Source: Ignavibacteriota bacterium
GTDB taxonomy: Bacteria > Bacteroidota > Ignavibacteria > Palsa-1295
Direction: 5' to 3'
Length of the DNA stretch: 64,000 bases
Assembly (NCBI GenBank): GCA_963787835.1
Contig: CAWBEI010000004.1
Coordinates: 352,001-416,000, forward strand
Shown: in pieces, positions 41,756 to 50,558 of the stretch
Layout of the letters: each line of letters starts with the position of its first letter
How positions within the stretch are numbered: position 1 is the stretch's first letter
The notes under the pieces: generated by a model
Told to the model about the DNA's origin: nothing
The model's input: only the letters and a program-made list of their open reading frames with translations
Database searches by the model: none
Position numbers and translations under genes: made by a program

Positions 41756-42352
41756 TCAATTCTTTTTCATCCACGGTGGCGGAGCGATCTTTGGTTTTTC
41801 GCTCGCGGCCTCCGTTGGTTTTTCTTCAGTTGACTTCTGCGGATTGCGAACCTGATACTCTCGCTCGTGCGGAAGGAACGGCCTGCCATCCAAATGTCCC
41901 GGCTCCGCATTTTTCGGCGGAGCGATCGGGAGTGCAAAATTTGCAATGCGCGATTCTTCTCGCTTTACCTCTTCGGTTTTTGGTGCTGGCGGTGCTTCTG
42001 CTACGATCGGTTCGACCGCTTCACCCGGAAGCGGTGTACCGTTTAGGGTAAGCATCGCGTACGTGCCATCTTTCGGTGTCATCCAGGCTGGGCCTTCGAG
42101 GCGATAGGCTTGGTTGTTCACCTCGCGCAAAACGCCTTGCTGAGTATAAAGTTGTACGATCTCTTTGGCCATTCGTTCCGCTTCGGGAAGCGAGACCTGC
42201 TCGTGCTCGACCGATTCGAAATAATCATGCACCGCATGTTGAATGTCCCGAAAAAACAAATTTGACTTATGAAATACCGGCTTCCGAGTCTGCCGCATAA
42301 AGCCAAGCAGCACCTCGGGGTTACCGAAATATTTTTCAATATTCACCTTCAT
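41756..42352 (-). CDS. Hypothetical protein in the ISC operon (globular N-terminus, Pro/Glu-rich tail)
   Basis: Host-like GC; ATGA overlap with upstream gene; PVFHKSNLFFRDIQ segment. Confidence 0.75.
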   Translation of the reverse strand: MKVNIEKYFGNPEVLLGFMRQTRKPVFHKSNLFFRDIQHAVHDYFESVEHEQVSLPEAERMAKEIVQLYTQQGVLREVNNQAYRLEGPAWMTPKDGTYAMLTLNGTPLPGEAVEPIVAEAPPAPKTEEVKREESRIANFALPIAPPKNAEPGHLDGRPFLPHEREYQVRNPQKSTEEKPTEAASEKPKIAPPPWMKKN

Positions 42353-42810
42353 TCTGCAGTTTCTAATCTATTTTGATGCGTCTTGCGAAAATTTAGCCAA
42401 ATTTGCCAGACTACCAAACCGGCTCCAAGTATGATGTAAAAAATTGAAAAGTCCATAATGTCCTTAACGCCCTTATTAATATGATTAATATGCCTACTAG
42501 GATAAGTCGCGGTTTCAACTAAAATCCAGCCCCAGAATAAAAAATAAAATATCGTCTGAGCGATAGCAGTCTGTCGTTGCTGATTTTTACCCGTCAGCTT
42601 TAAGTACGTCTTAAAGAGACTAAGAAAAATTAAAAAGCATACCAAAAAACCAAAGAATAATAATAAAATGAAAATTAAATCGTTAAGCATCAAGCGGAGA
42701 TCAGCGTTCCCATTACGGATGGCGCTAAAAATACAAACGAGAATACAAAAAAACGAAGGTGTTCCTCGAGGATATTTTTTTGTAATATCTTTTATATTTT
42801 CATACTTCAT
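42349..42810 (-). CDS. Low-GC membrane protein (~4 TM)
   Basis: SD AGGGGG; hydrophobic helices; markedly AT-rich versus flanks. Confidence 0.7.
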   Translation of the reverse strand: MKYENIKDITKKYPRGTPSFFCILVCIFSAIRNGNADLRLMLNDLIFILLLFFGFLVCFLIFLSLFKTYLKLTGKNQQRQTAIAQTIFYFLFWGWILVETATYPSRHINHINKGVKDIMDFSIFYIILGAGLVVWQIWLNFRKTHQNRLETAE

Positions 42811-42818
42811 AATTCCCC

Positions 42819-44051
42819 CTAATGTGCGGCCCATTCGATCTTCGTTAGATCGATGCCAGCTTTTGCCATTTCATACAGCGGCGACATCTCGCGCAGGTGC
42901 TTCACTGCTTCGACGACGTTCGCAACAGTGTAATCGCATTCTTCCTGCGTATTGAACCGCCCGATGCCGAAACGGATGGATGTATGCGCCAAGTCCTCGC
43001 CAACGCCGAGGGCCTTCAGCACATAGCTTGGCTCCAAGCTGGCCGACGTACACGCCGAGCCGCTGGAAACCGCAATATCTTTGATTCCCATCATCAGCGC
43101 CTCGCCTTCGACGAAGGCAAAGCTGACGTTGAGATTGCCCGGGAGGCGCCATTCGGGTTTATCGAGCGGATCGGGGCCGTTGATATAAATTTCATCAAGC
43201 TCGGCCTGGAAATCCATCCACATTTTGTCGCGAATGGATTGAATGCGTTTGGTATCGCTTTGCATGTCCTCGATGCAAAGTTCCAGCGCCTTGCCAAGTC
43301 CGACGATGCCGGGCACGTTCAGCGTACCGGAGCGCATACCGCGCTCGTGGCCGCCGCCATCCATTTGGGATGCAAGCTTCACACGCGGTGATTTCTTGCG
43401 CACGTAGAGCGCGCCCACGCCTTTCGGTCCATAAATTTTATGTCCGGAAATTGATGCCAGATCGACGTTCATCTTCTGCACATCGAAGGGAATCTTTCCA
43501 ATGGATTGCGTGGAATCCGTATGGAAGATCACGCCCTTTTCGTGGCACAGCTTGCCGATGGATTCCAGATCCTGAATGACGCCGATCTCGTTATTGGCGT
43601 GCATGATGGTGACAAGCACCGTCTTATCCGTGATCGCATCGCGCAGCATATCGAGATCGACAAAGCCTTCTTTCGTGACCTGCATATAGGTGACGCGGGA
43701 ACCGCGGCGTTCGAGCGCTTTGCAGGTGTCGAGCACGGCTTTGTGCTCGGTCGTCAGCGTGATAATGTGATCGCCTTTGGAGGCATACATCTCGGCGATG
43801 CCTTTGATGGCGAGATTATCGGACTCCGTAGCGCCGCTCGTGAAAACGATCTCTTTCGGATCGGCGCCAATGGAGCGCGCGATGGTTTCGCGCGCCCAGT
43901 CAACGGCTTCCTCGGCTTTCCAGCCGAAGGAATGATTCCTGCTTGCCGCATTACCGAAATATTCGATAAAATACGGCTTCATCGCCTCGAAAACCCGTTC
44001 GTCCATTTGGGTCGTGGCGTTGTTGTCTAAATAAATTGGCAGTTTAACCAT
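42819..44051 (-). CDS. iscS: Cysteine desulfurase IscS
   Basis: [43 protein letters not shown]; start at MVKLPIY. Confidence 0.98.
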   Translation of the reverse strand: MVKLPIYLDNNATTQMDERVFEAMKPYFIEYFGNAASRNHSFGWKAEEAVDWARETIARSIGADPKEIVFTSGATESDNLAIKGIAEMYASKGDHIITLTTEHKAVLDTCKALERRGSRVTYMQVTKEGFVDLDMLRDAITDKTVLVTIMHANNEIGVIQDLESIGKLCHEKGVIFHTDSTQSIGKIPFDVQKMNVDLASISGHKIYGPKGVGALYVRKKSPRVKLASQMDGGGHERGMRSGTLNVPGIVGLGKALELCIEDMQSDTKRIQSIRDKMWMDFQAELDEIYINGPDPLDKPEWRLPGNLNVSFAFVEGEALMMGIKDIAVSSGSACTSASLEPSYVLKALGVGEDLAHTSIRFGIGRFNTQEECDYTVANVVEAVKHLREMSPLYEMAKAGIDLTKIEWAAH

Positions 44052-44078
44052 GTTCAAATTTCTAAGATCTTTTTCCAT

Positions 44079-44224
44079 GTCATCCTGAGCGGAGTTCTTC
44101 CGACCGGAGGGAGGAAGAACGGAGTCGAAGGATCTCATGCAGTTTGGCTCACAGGTGAATGACCGGAGATCCTTCGACTTCGCAAGACTCCGCTGTCGCT
44201 GCGTCTTGCTTCGCTCAGGATGAC
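44079..44224. repeat. GTCATCCTGAGC-type palindromic element
   Basis: GTCATCCTGAGCG...GTCGAAGGATCTC...GAGATCCTTCGAC...CGCTCAGGATGAC. Confidence 0.88.
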
Positions 44225-44249
44225 ATGTAATAATTCCATTTTTATGCTT

Positions 44250-44642
44250 CTATAATAATTGCGCTATTGTAACCGAATTCAAAACTTGCTCGACTTGCTC
44301 TTGCAGTTTGTGCATCGGGCCTTTGATGGTGCATACGGCTTCGCGCGCGCAGGTTTCTCCGCTGGATGTACACTCAGTGATCGAATTATCTTCTTCAAGC
44401 GCATCGATCACACGCGAAACCGAGATCTGTTGCGGAGCAAGCATCAGCGTGTAGCCGCCTCGAACTCCTTGCTGCGATAGGATCATGCCGTCGCGCTTCA
44501 AATCCTGCATGATCTTGGCTACAAGGTCGTAGGAAATGTTATTCTCATCCGCGATCTCGCGCGCAGTGAGAACATTGCCACTTCGCGCAAGCTGTTGCAG
44601 CGCGATGAGACCGTATTCCACCCGTTTTGAGAGCCGTAGCAT
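44250..44642 (-). CDS. iscR: Rrf2 family regulator, IscR-like
   Basis: LSKRVEYGL, S.QG.RGGY.L, three Cys (ECTSSGETCAREAVC); first gene of the ISC operon. Confidence 0.85.
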   Translation of the reverse strand: MLRLSKRVEYGLIALQQLARSGNVLTAREIADENNISYDLVAKIMQDLKRDGMILSQQGVRGGYTLMLAPQQISVSRVIDALEEDNSITECTSSGETCAREAVCTIKGPMHKLQEQVEQVLNSVTIAQLL

Positions 44643-44662
44643 TTCCGGAGGTTAGAAACGCT

Positions 44663-44687
44663 ATACAGGACTAAAAAAGTCCGACAT
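44663..44687. promoter_or_regulatory. Putative IscR type-1-like operator
   Basis: ATACAGGACT-AAAAA-AGTCCGACAT: GACT-N5-AGTC dyad 20 bp upstream of the iscR start. Confidence 0.7.
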
Positions 44688-44722
44688 TCCACGAAAAGTT
44701 ATTCATCAAATGGATGTGTGTT

Positions 44723-45310
44723 TTACTGAGTGCTTTGCGATTCTATCTTATGAACCTTCTTTTCAAGAAAGTGCGGCAGGCCATCTGGATAAAAGGCATA
44801 TTGGTTTAGATAATTATAATCCGTGTCCGTGGGGTGGGCAAGGACTATATCGTCATCGGCGAGCCTTCCACCTAAGAAATAACCCAATCCCGCTCCGATC
44901 GCAAGTCCGGCGCCAAAGCCGATGACGAATCTGGAGCGTTCCTGATTGGGCGATGCAGAATCGAGCGCACCCGAAAGGAAAATGCCACCGATCGCGCCGA
45001 CAAGTCCGCCAAGCACGGCTCCCCCGCGGTCGTATTTGTCGCCGATAATTGTAATGGTGTCAACCAGGCTATAATCGATAAGCGTGAACGAGGCATCTTC
45101 AAATGGCCGGTTGGGATCGTTGAGGACAATAAAATCGGTATCTAAGGCAATTAGTCCTCCGGCAGTATGCGTGCCATCTGTCAACGCAACATCCAGCGAT
45201 GTCATTTTGACAGGCGCAGGACCGCATGATGGCAGCAAAAGAAGAAAAAGCGACAGTAGGGCAACCGACCTATGTTTTCGGAAAATATTTTGGACCCTTA
45301 ACGACATCAT
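44723..45310 (-). CDS. Lipoprotein with glycine-zipper motif
   Basis: Lipobox LLLPS/C; GGAVLGGLVGAIGG...GFGAGLAIGAGLG. Confidence 0.7.
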   Translation of the reverse strand: MMSLRVQNIFRKHRSVALLSLFLLLLPSCGPAPVKMTSLDVALTDGTHTAGGLIALDTDFIVLNDPNRPFEDASFTLIDYSLVDTITIIGDKYDRGGAVLGGLVGAIGGIFLSGALDSASPNQERSRFVIGFGAGLAIGAGLGYFLGGRLADDDIVLAHPTDTDYNYLNQYAFYPDGLPHFLEKKVHKIESQSTQ

Positions 45311-45497
45311 ACTATATAGAATGGGTTTTTGAACATTAGCGAGTGGGGAATCGCTTCTCATTCCGGTTGTTACACTTTGAGCACTCGGAGCGTAAGAAAT
45401 ATTGGTACGTTTATTGAAAGGTAATTAGGAAATTGGCAATTCGCTCACGTTTCGCGGAATTCATTTGCCACTGAGCGGTATTTGATAGATAAGTATC

Positions 45498-46133
45498 ATG
45501 GATAGAGTTCAGGTAGAAATTTTAGGTATCTCCGCAAACCCCTCAACAAGTGGGGCCTACGCGCTTATTCTCCGCGAAACTGGAGGGCTTCGCCGCATTC
45601 CTATTATCATCGGCGGATTCGAGGCCCAGGCTATTGCTTTGGAAATGGAGGGCATCAAGCCGCCGCGCCCGCTTACACACGATCTGGTAAAGACGCTCGT
45701 CGAAAATTTAGGCGGGAGGATCACCGAAGTATCCATTCACGAATTGCGGGACGGTACCTTCTTCGCCAGTCTTAAACTTTCCGACGATCAGGAGATCGAT
45801 GCGCGGCCCAGCGATGCAATCGCACTGGCGATCCGTTTCGGTGTGCCGATCTGGGTTGCCGAATCGGTGATGACCGAGGCGGGATTCATGCCAGAAGAAG
45901 GCGAGGATGATGCGGAAGAAGGGGACGAAGAGGATGAAAGCGAACTCAGCCTCGCGGAACGGCTCGCCGGAAAATCCGAAGAAAAAGCTCCCAAGAAATC
46001 GGCAAAGGCGCTGACGCCGCTGGACCAGCTCAACCAGCAGCTTTCCGAAGCCATCAAGAAAGAAGAGTACGAACGCGCCGCAAAGTTGCGGGATGATATT
46101 CGCAAGCTTGAATTGGAGATGGTGAAGAAATAA
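45498..46133 (+). CDS. Bifunctional nuclease (DUF151/BFN) with C-terminal UVR domain
   Basis: IPIIIG.FEAQAIA, RPLTHDL, IDARPSDAIALA, AIKKEEYERAAKLRD. Confidence 0.93.
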   Translation: MDRVQVEILGISANPSTSGAYALILRETGGLRRIPIIIGGFEAQAIALEMEGIKPPRPLTHDLVKTLVENLGGRITEVSIHELRDGTFFASLKLSDDQEIDARPSDAIALAIRFGVPIWVAESVMTEAGFMPEEGEDDAEEGDEEDESELSLAERLAGKSEEKAPKKSAKALTPLDQLNQQLSEAIKKEEYERAAKLRDDIRKLELEMVKK

Positions 46134-46136
46134 ATT

Positions 46137-46691
46137 ATGCTGCTAACTGAAACACGAACAGCAACGGTCGAGGATTACGAGCGTCTCCCCGAAGGCGCGC
46201 CGTATCAACTTATCGGGGGAGAACTTATTATGAGTCCCAGTCCCAATCTCTTTCATCAGGATATTCTTTCTACGTTGGTTAGAACACTCGGAGTATTCAT
46301 CCGGGAGCGCGGACTTGGTAAACTAATCGTTTCGCCGATGGATCTTCGACTTGGAGACCATGATGTCTATCAGCCCGATCTCTCGTTTGTGAGAAAGGAG
46401 AATGTTCCGCTGCTCGACAAACATGCGCGGCTCACGGTGATACCCGATCTTGTTATCGAGATTCTTTCGCCATCGACAGCTTACTACGATTTTACCCGGA
46501 AGAAGACGATGTATTGCGAAGCAGGCATTCAGGAATACTGGATCGTCGATCCGGAAGACGAAACCATCGAGATCATGGTGAAGGATGGCCCCTTCTATCG
46601 CACCGAAGCGTTGCTTCGCAAACCCGCGCTTCTTGAATCGGCGTTGTTCCCCGGTTTCAGTGTGAAGCTGGAAGAAATCTTTGCGTTTTAA
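46137..46691 (+). CDS. Uma2 family endonuclease
   Basis: QLIGGEL.MSPSP...HQ, QPDL, PDLVIEILSPST, GIQEYWIVDP. Confidence 0.93.
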   Translation: MLLTETRTATVEDYERLPEGAPYQLIGGELIMSPSPNLFHQDILSTLVRTLGVFIRERGLGKLIVSPMDLRLGDHDVYQPDLSFVRKENVPLLDKHARLTVIPDLVIEILSPSTAYYDFTRKKTMYCEAGIQEYWIVDPEDETIEIMVKDGPFYRTEALLRKPALLESALFPGFSVKLEEIFAF

Positions 46692-46847
46692 GGCGATCTC
46701 CGGGATCAACGGAAAAATTGTTCGGCGGTAACTAACTTCCTCATGTGGGGTTCGGGAGCAAGATAGGTCACAAATTTATCCCCATCCGAACCTGTTACCT
46801 TTTATCCCGTTGCCGGTCTTTCTAAAAAGAGAATTCTTCTTTACAGA

Positions 46848-48191
46848 GTGTCGAATACAAAGCATGTGATCCTTGGCGCAGGGCTCGCCGGTCTGAGCGC
46901 CGCGTATCATCTCGCCGAACCCTTCGTCCTGTTCGAAGCGGAGCCGGAGGTAGGAGGCGTTGCGAGATCTTCCCATATAGGCGGATTCACATTCGATCAT
47001 GCGATTCACGTCCTTTATACAAAGGATGTGTATGCCTCGCAACTTATTCGTTCACTCTTAGGTGATAATTTCCGGGCATTGCAGCGTAGTGCATGGATCT
47101 ACTCGAGCGGGACGATCACGCCGTACCCGTATCAGACGAATCTGTTCGGCCTGCCTGCGTCCGTTATTTTTGAAAATCTCATGGGATTGTTCGAAGCTCG
47201 CATGGCTCCGGCTGGGCTCGTGAAAAATTTCGAGGAATGGATCTGTTCAACGTTCGGCAAGGGCTTTGCAGAGCAATTCATGCTGCCGTTCAATCGTAAA
47301 CTGTGGGCTGCCGATCTCCAAAAAATGGGATTTCAATGGATCGCCGACCGCGTGCCGCAACCCGATTTTGCGCAAATTCTTGCCGGGGCGCTTGCTTTGG
47401 GAACCGACCATTTTGGACCCAACGCAACCTTTTGGTATCCGCGCACCGGTGGCATTACCGCACTGGCTTCGAGCTTTCAAAATTTTATTCCACCCGTTCG
47501 AACCAATGCCCGCGCAATCCGCATCGATAGCAAGAGCCGCTTCATCTATTTCGAGCATGGCAATAGGTGCCATTACAGCAATCTCATCAGCACTATTCCG
47601 CTTCCAAGGTTAGTTCATATTATAGATGACGTTCCGGATCGCATTCGCGAGCTTGCCGTATCGCTTCGGGCGAACAGAGTGATAACAGTGAATATTGGGA
47701 TTGATCGAAGCGAAATTTCGGACAAGCATTGGATCTATTTCCCGGATGCCGATCTGGAATTCCATCGCATCAGTTTTCCGATGAATTTCTCGAACGATCT
47801 TGTTCCAGAAGGTACCAGTTCCATCATGGTAGAGATCTCCGAATCGGATATGAGACCGATCGAACGAAAGGGGCTGATCGCCCGAACCATTCATCAGCTT
47901 CGACACATCGGAGTGCTTCGCGAAGACGATCGCATTCTTTGCTCCGGCATCACGGAAATAGATCCTGCATACGTGATCTACGGTCTCGATCACGATGAAG
48001 TGCTAAACGAAATTCAGCACTATTTAAGGGAACGCGGGATCTTTTCATGCGGGAGGTTCGGGGCATGGCGTTATTTGAATATGGATCATGCTATCCTTAG
48101 TGGGAAAGAGGCTGCAGAATGGGCCATGGCTCGCGGTGAAACAACTGACGTTCGATTCTCCGAGCTATCATTAAAGGAGACTACCGAATAA
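46848..48191 (+). CDS. FAD-dependent oxidoreductase (UDP-galactopyranose mutase-like)
   Basis: ILGAGLAGLSAA, GGVARS, F.YP..GG, GRFGAWRYLNMDHA. Confidence 0.8.
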   Translation: MSNTKHVILGAGLAGLSAAYHLAEPFVLFEAEPEVGGVARSSHIGGFTFDHAIHVLYTKDVYASQLIRSLLGDNFRALQRSAWIYSSGTITPYPYQTNLFGLPASVIFENLMGLFEARMAPAGLVKNFEEWICSTFGKGFAEQFMLPFNRKLWAADLQKMGFQWIADRVPQPDFAQILAGALALGTDHFGPNATFWYPRTGGITALASSFQNFIPPVRTNARAIRIDSKSRFIYFEHGNRCHYSNLISTIPLPRLVHIIDDVPDRIRELAVSLRANRVITVNIGIDRSEISDKHWIYFPDADLEFHRISFPMNFSNDLVPEGTSSIMVEISESDMRPIERKGLIARTIHQLRHIGVLREDDRILCSGITEIDPAYVIYGLDHDEVLNEIQHYLRERGIFSCGRFGAWRYLNMDHAILSGKEAAEWAMARGETTDVRFSELSLKETTE

Positions 48192-48203
48192 ATAGATAAA
48201 CGT

Positions 48204-48821
48204 ATGTTCCGATTTTATCATACACACGGGAAACGCCTGCTCGATGTTGCGATCGCGGGACTATGCATTCTTATATTATCTCCTCTATTCATCCTGACCG
48301 CTATCGCGGTCGCGCTTACGAGCCGAGGATCGATTATCTTAGTGCAGCGGCGAGTCGGGTTGGATGGGAAGTTGTTCGGTATGCTAAAATTCCGAACGAT
48401 GCATGTGCTTGCATCGCAGCACGTCATTGCGGAGCGCGCGAGCGACCTTGCATCACAAGGAATTCTTCTAAAAGTGGAGCACGATCCGCGTGTCACGCCG
48501 GTGGGAAGGATCATTCGCCGTTTTTCGCTGGATGAACTACCACAATTGTTCAATGTGCTGATGGGGGATATGAGTTTGGTTGGGCCGAGGCCGCTCTTGC
48601 CGTTCATGGTCCAGCCATATCCGGCACAGAATGCAGAACGTGCCAAGGTCCGGCCTGGGCTCACGGGGCTCTGGCAGATCAGCGCCCGCGGTCAAAGCAG
48701 TTCCCTTCTGCAAATGATCGACTATGATCTTAGATACTCGGCAAATGTATCCCTTACTAACGATCTGAGGATCATACTTTCGACGCTCCCCGTTGTGCTG
48801 CGAGGTGTGGGGGTGAAATGA
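48204..48821 (+). CDS. Polyprenyl-phosphate sugar phosphotransferase (bacterial sugar transferase)
   Basis: KRLLDV, KFRTM, DPRVT, SLDELPQL.NVL.GDMSLVGPRP, PGLTGLWQ. Confidence 0.93.
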   Translation: MFRFYHTHGKRLLDVAIAGLCILILSPLFILTAIAVALTSRGSIILVQRRVGLDGKLFGMLKFRTMHVLASQHVIAERASDLASQGILLKVEHDPRVTPVGRIIRRFSLDELPQLFNVLMGDMSLVGPRPLLPFMVQPYPAQNAERAKVRPGLTGLWQISARGQSSSLLQMIDYDLRYSANVSLTNDLRIILSTLPVVLRGVGVK

Positions 48822-48883
48822 CGATGCTTCGCAACCGAATCGCCGCGAACGAAAAGTAACGCAAATCGTTTCGTGTGAGCACT

Positions 48884-49834
48884 ATGAGATCAGCCCAAGT
48901 CTTATTGCTTGTTGTCATCCTTTTTGGATTCTCTTCTACGCTGTGCGCCCAAACCGTTTTTTCGGATAGCGGGTACTCGACGGTCACTATTTCCACGCAT
49001 CCCGATACCACCGCGACCGATAGTTCCGCAATCGATAGCGCCACGCCCAGAACCCCCATCATCGATCAGATCATAAAGTCGCTTTCCTACCATGTGGAGG
49101 AGTTCGGCGCGAACTGGATGGACACCGTCCTTCTTATCACTGAAACCAGTACCCAGCATAGCCAATCGAATCTGGAGGGCGAGGATGGAGCGATCGAGCT
49201 GACGGGAAGAATATTACAACAAGGGAATTTTGGTGACCCGGTGTGGAAGCTGGCGCTTCATTCCAATTTCATCGAGTATGGCATTGATTATTTTAGTGCT
49301 ACGGATTACGGTTGCTGCGGTGCCGAAAATGTGAAACGGATCTACCGGTACTCCGATGGAGCATTGCTGCTGACGCTGACCTCCGATGTTGGTGAAGTCT
49401 CGATACCGAACTCGCAAACGCATCGGTATGTGGGTTATTGGGATCTGACCAACACAGAGGAAGAAAGCGATCTAAAAGATTCCTCGATCATTGGGATATT
49501 GACGCTGGTCGATCCGGAGAACCTGAACCAGCAGCGCATGACCGTGAAATTCAGCGACCCCAAGTCTGCCGAGGAGTTCGGGGTCAACCCGTTCGATACG
49601 CTCTCGTTCGGAACGTTTACCGCGAAGGATAGCCAGAATTACAACGGAGGAAGAACGTTCGATCTCTGGTCGGCGGATGGGAACCGCGACCCCGATGCCT
49701 ACTCGAATTTCTCCATCAAGCTAACCTACGAACTGCCCGATGATGGATTCACCACGGTAGAAGTTCCGGTCAGGAACGGCAAGCTTGACATCTCCGGTCT
49801 GCGATCGAAATGGTTCACATTCGAGTTACGGTGA
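48884..49834 (+). CDS. Secreted hypothetical protein
   Basis: Signal peptide ...STLCA/Q; DYGCCGAEN segment. Confidence 0.7.
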   Translation: MRSAQVLLLVVILFGFSSTLCAQTVFSDSGYSTVTISTHPDTTATDSSAIDSATPRTPIIDQIIKSLSYHVEEFGANWMDTVLLITETSTQHSQSNLEGEDGAIELTGRILQQGNFGDPVWKLALHSNFIEYGIDYFSATDYGCCGAENVKRIYRYSDGALLLTLTSDVGEVSIPNSQTHRYVGYWDLTNTEEESDLKDSSIIGILTLVDPENLNQQRMTVKFSDPKSAEEFGVNPFDTLSFGTFTAKDSQNYNGGRTFDLWSADGNRDPDAYSNFSIKLTYELPDDGFTTVEVPVRNGKLDISGLRSKWFTFELR

Positions 49835-49847
49835 ATCCAACCCAAGC

Positions 49848-49906
49848 GTGTGCGTGGAAGCGCTGCTTCCACGAGCCATTCCGGGAAGCAGCGCTTCCCG
49901 GCCCAC
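49848..49906. repeat. Inverted pair of short palindromes (REP-like)
   Basis: CGTGGAAGCGCTGCTTCCACG and CCGGGAAGCAGCGCTTCCCGG. Confidence 0.7.
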
Positions 49907-49921
49907 AGTCTGTAATATAAC

Positions 49922-50140
49922 ATGAGCAGAGCATTTGTTAAAGAATCCGATGGAGAGTGGCTGGGGGATGTTGCTCCGGAGATCCCCGCGCTGGAACGGT
50001 TCCTGACACACGAGAGCGGCGAGCGAGTTTTTCTCCTACGCACAACGCAGGATACTAAGACCCTGCGCCCGATACACGAAATGAGCAACGGCAATTCCTA
50101 CGCGCTCGATGGCGATGCGCGGTGGATGAGCGTGGAGTGA
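49922..50140 (+). CDS. Small hypothetical protein (MSRAFVKE N-terminus)
   Basis: 72 aa; N-terminus resembles some GreA/GreB-like factors but the Gre domains are absent. Confidence 0.7.
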   Translation: MSRAFVKESDGEWLGDVAPEIPALERFLTHESGERVFLLRTTQDTKTLRPIHEMSNGNSYALDGDARWMSVE

Positions 50141-50195
50141 GGAGCAATCCCCGCCGACTGTCGAACGTTCTGCGGCATGTGCTGTTAGCAATTGT

Positions 50196-50453
50196 ATGGA
50201 CGATCCACGAATTGTTGAACTACTGACCGAAATGCTTCAAGAGCAGAAGGGGATGCGCCAGGAGCTTGGGCAAATACACGAAGAGCAGAGGCGGACGAAT
50301 GAGCGCCTCGAACGGCTCGAAAAACAGCAACAAAGGACTAACCTGAAATTGCGGGAGCTTACGCTTTCCAACCAGAAGATTGTGGATGAACTCCGAACCG
50401 TCGTGCAATACGGGGAACGGATTGTGCGCCTTGAAGCGGCTGTGTTTCACTAA
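50196..50453 (+). CDS. Small coiled-coil hypothetical protein
   Basis: Heptad pattern ...TNERLERLEKQQQRTNLKLREL...RIVRLE. Confidence 0.7.
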   Translation: MDDPRIVELLTEMLQEQKGMRQELGQIHEEQRRTNERLERLEKQQQRTNLKLRELTLSNQKIVDELRTVVQYGERIVRLEAAVFH

Positions 50454-50474
50454 GAGGTTGTGCATGGCCAACCA

Positions 50475-50548
50475 CCCGATACACGAAATGCGCAACGGCA
50501 ATTCCTATGCGCTTGGGTGGTGATGGGCGATGGAAGAGCGTGGGGTAG
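50475..50548 (+). pseudogene. Diverged duplicate of the 3' end of gene 49922-50140
   Basis: PIHEMRNGNSYAL(G+1 nt)GDGRWKSVG* versus PIHEMSNGNSYALDGDARWMSVE*. Confidence 0.8.
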
Positions 50549-50558
50549 GCGGAGCAGC

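Noticed and set aside
44052-44138. N-terminal extension of IscS in the ORF track
   Set aside because: It starts inside a palindromic repeat; homology begins at MVKLPIYLD (44051).
50068-50548. DGR template/variable repeat pair
   Set aside because: Mismatches are not adenine-specific, include an indel, and no reverse transcriptase is present.
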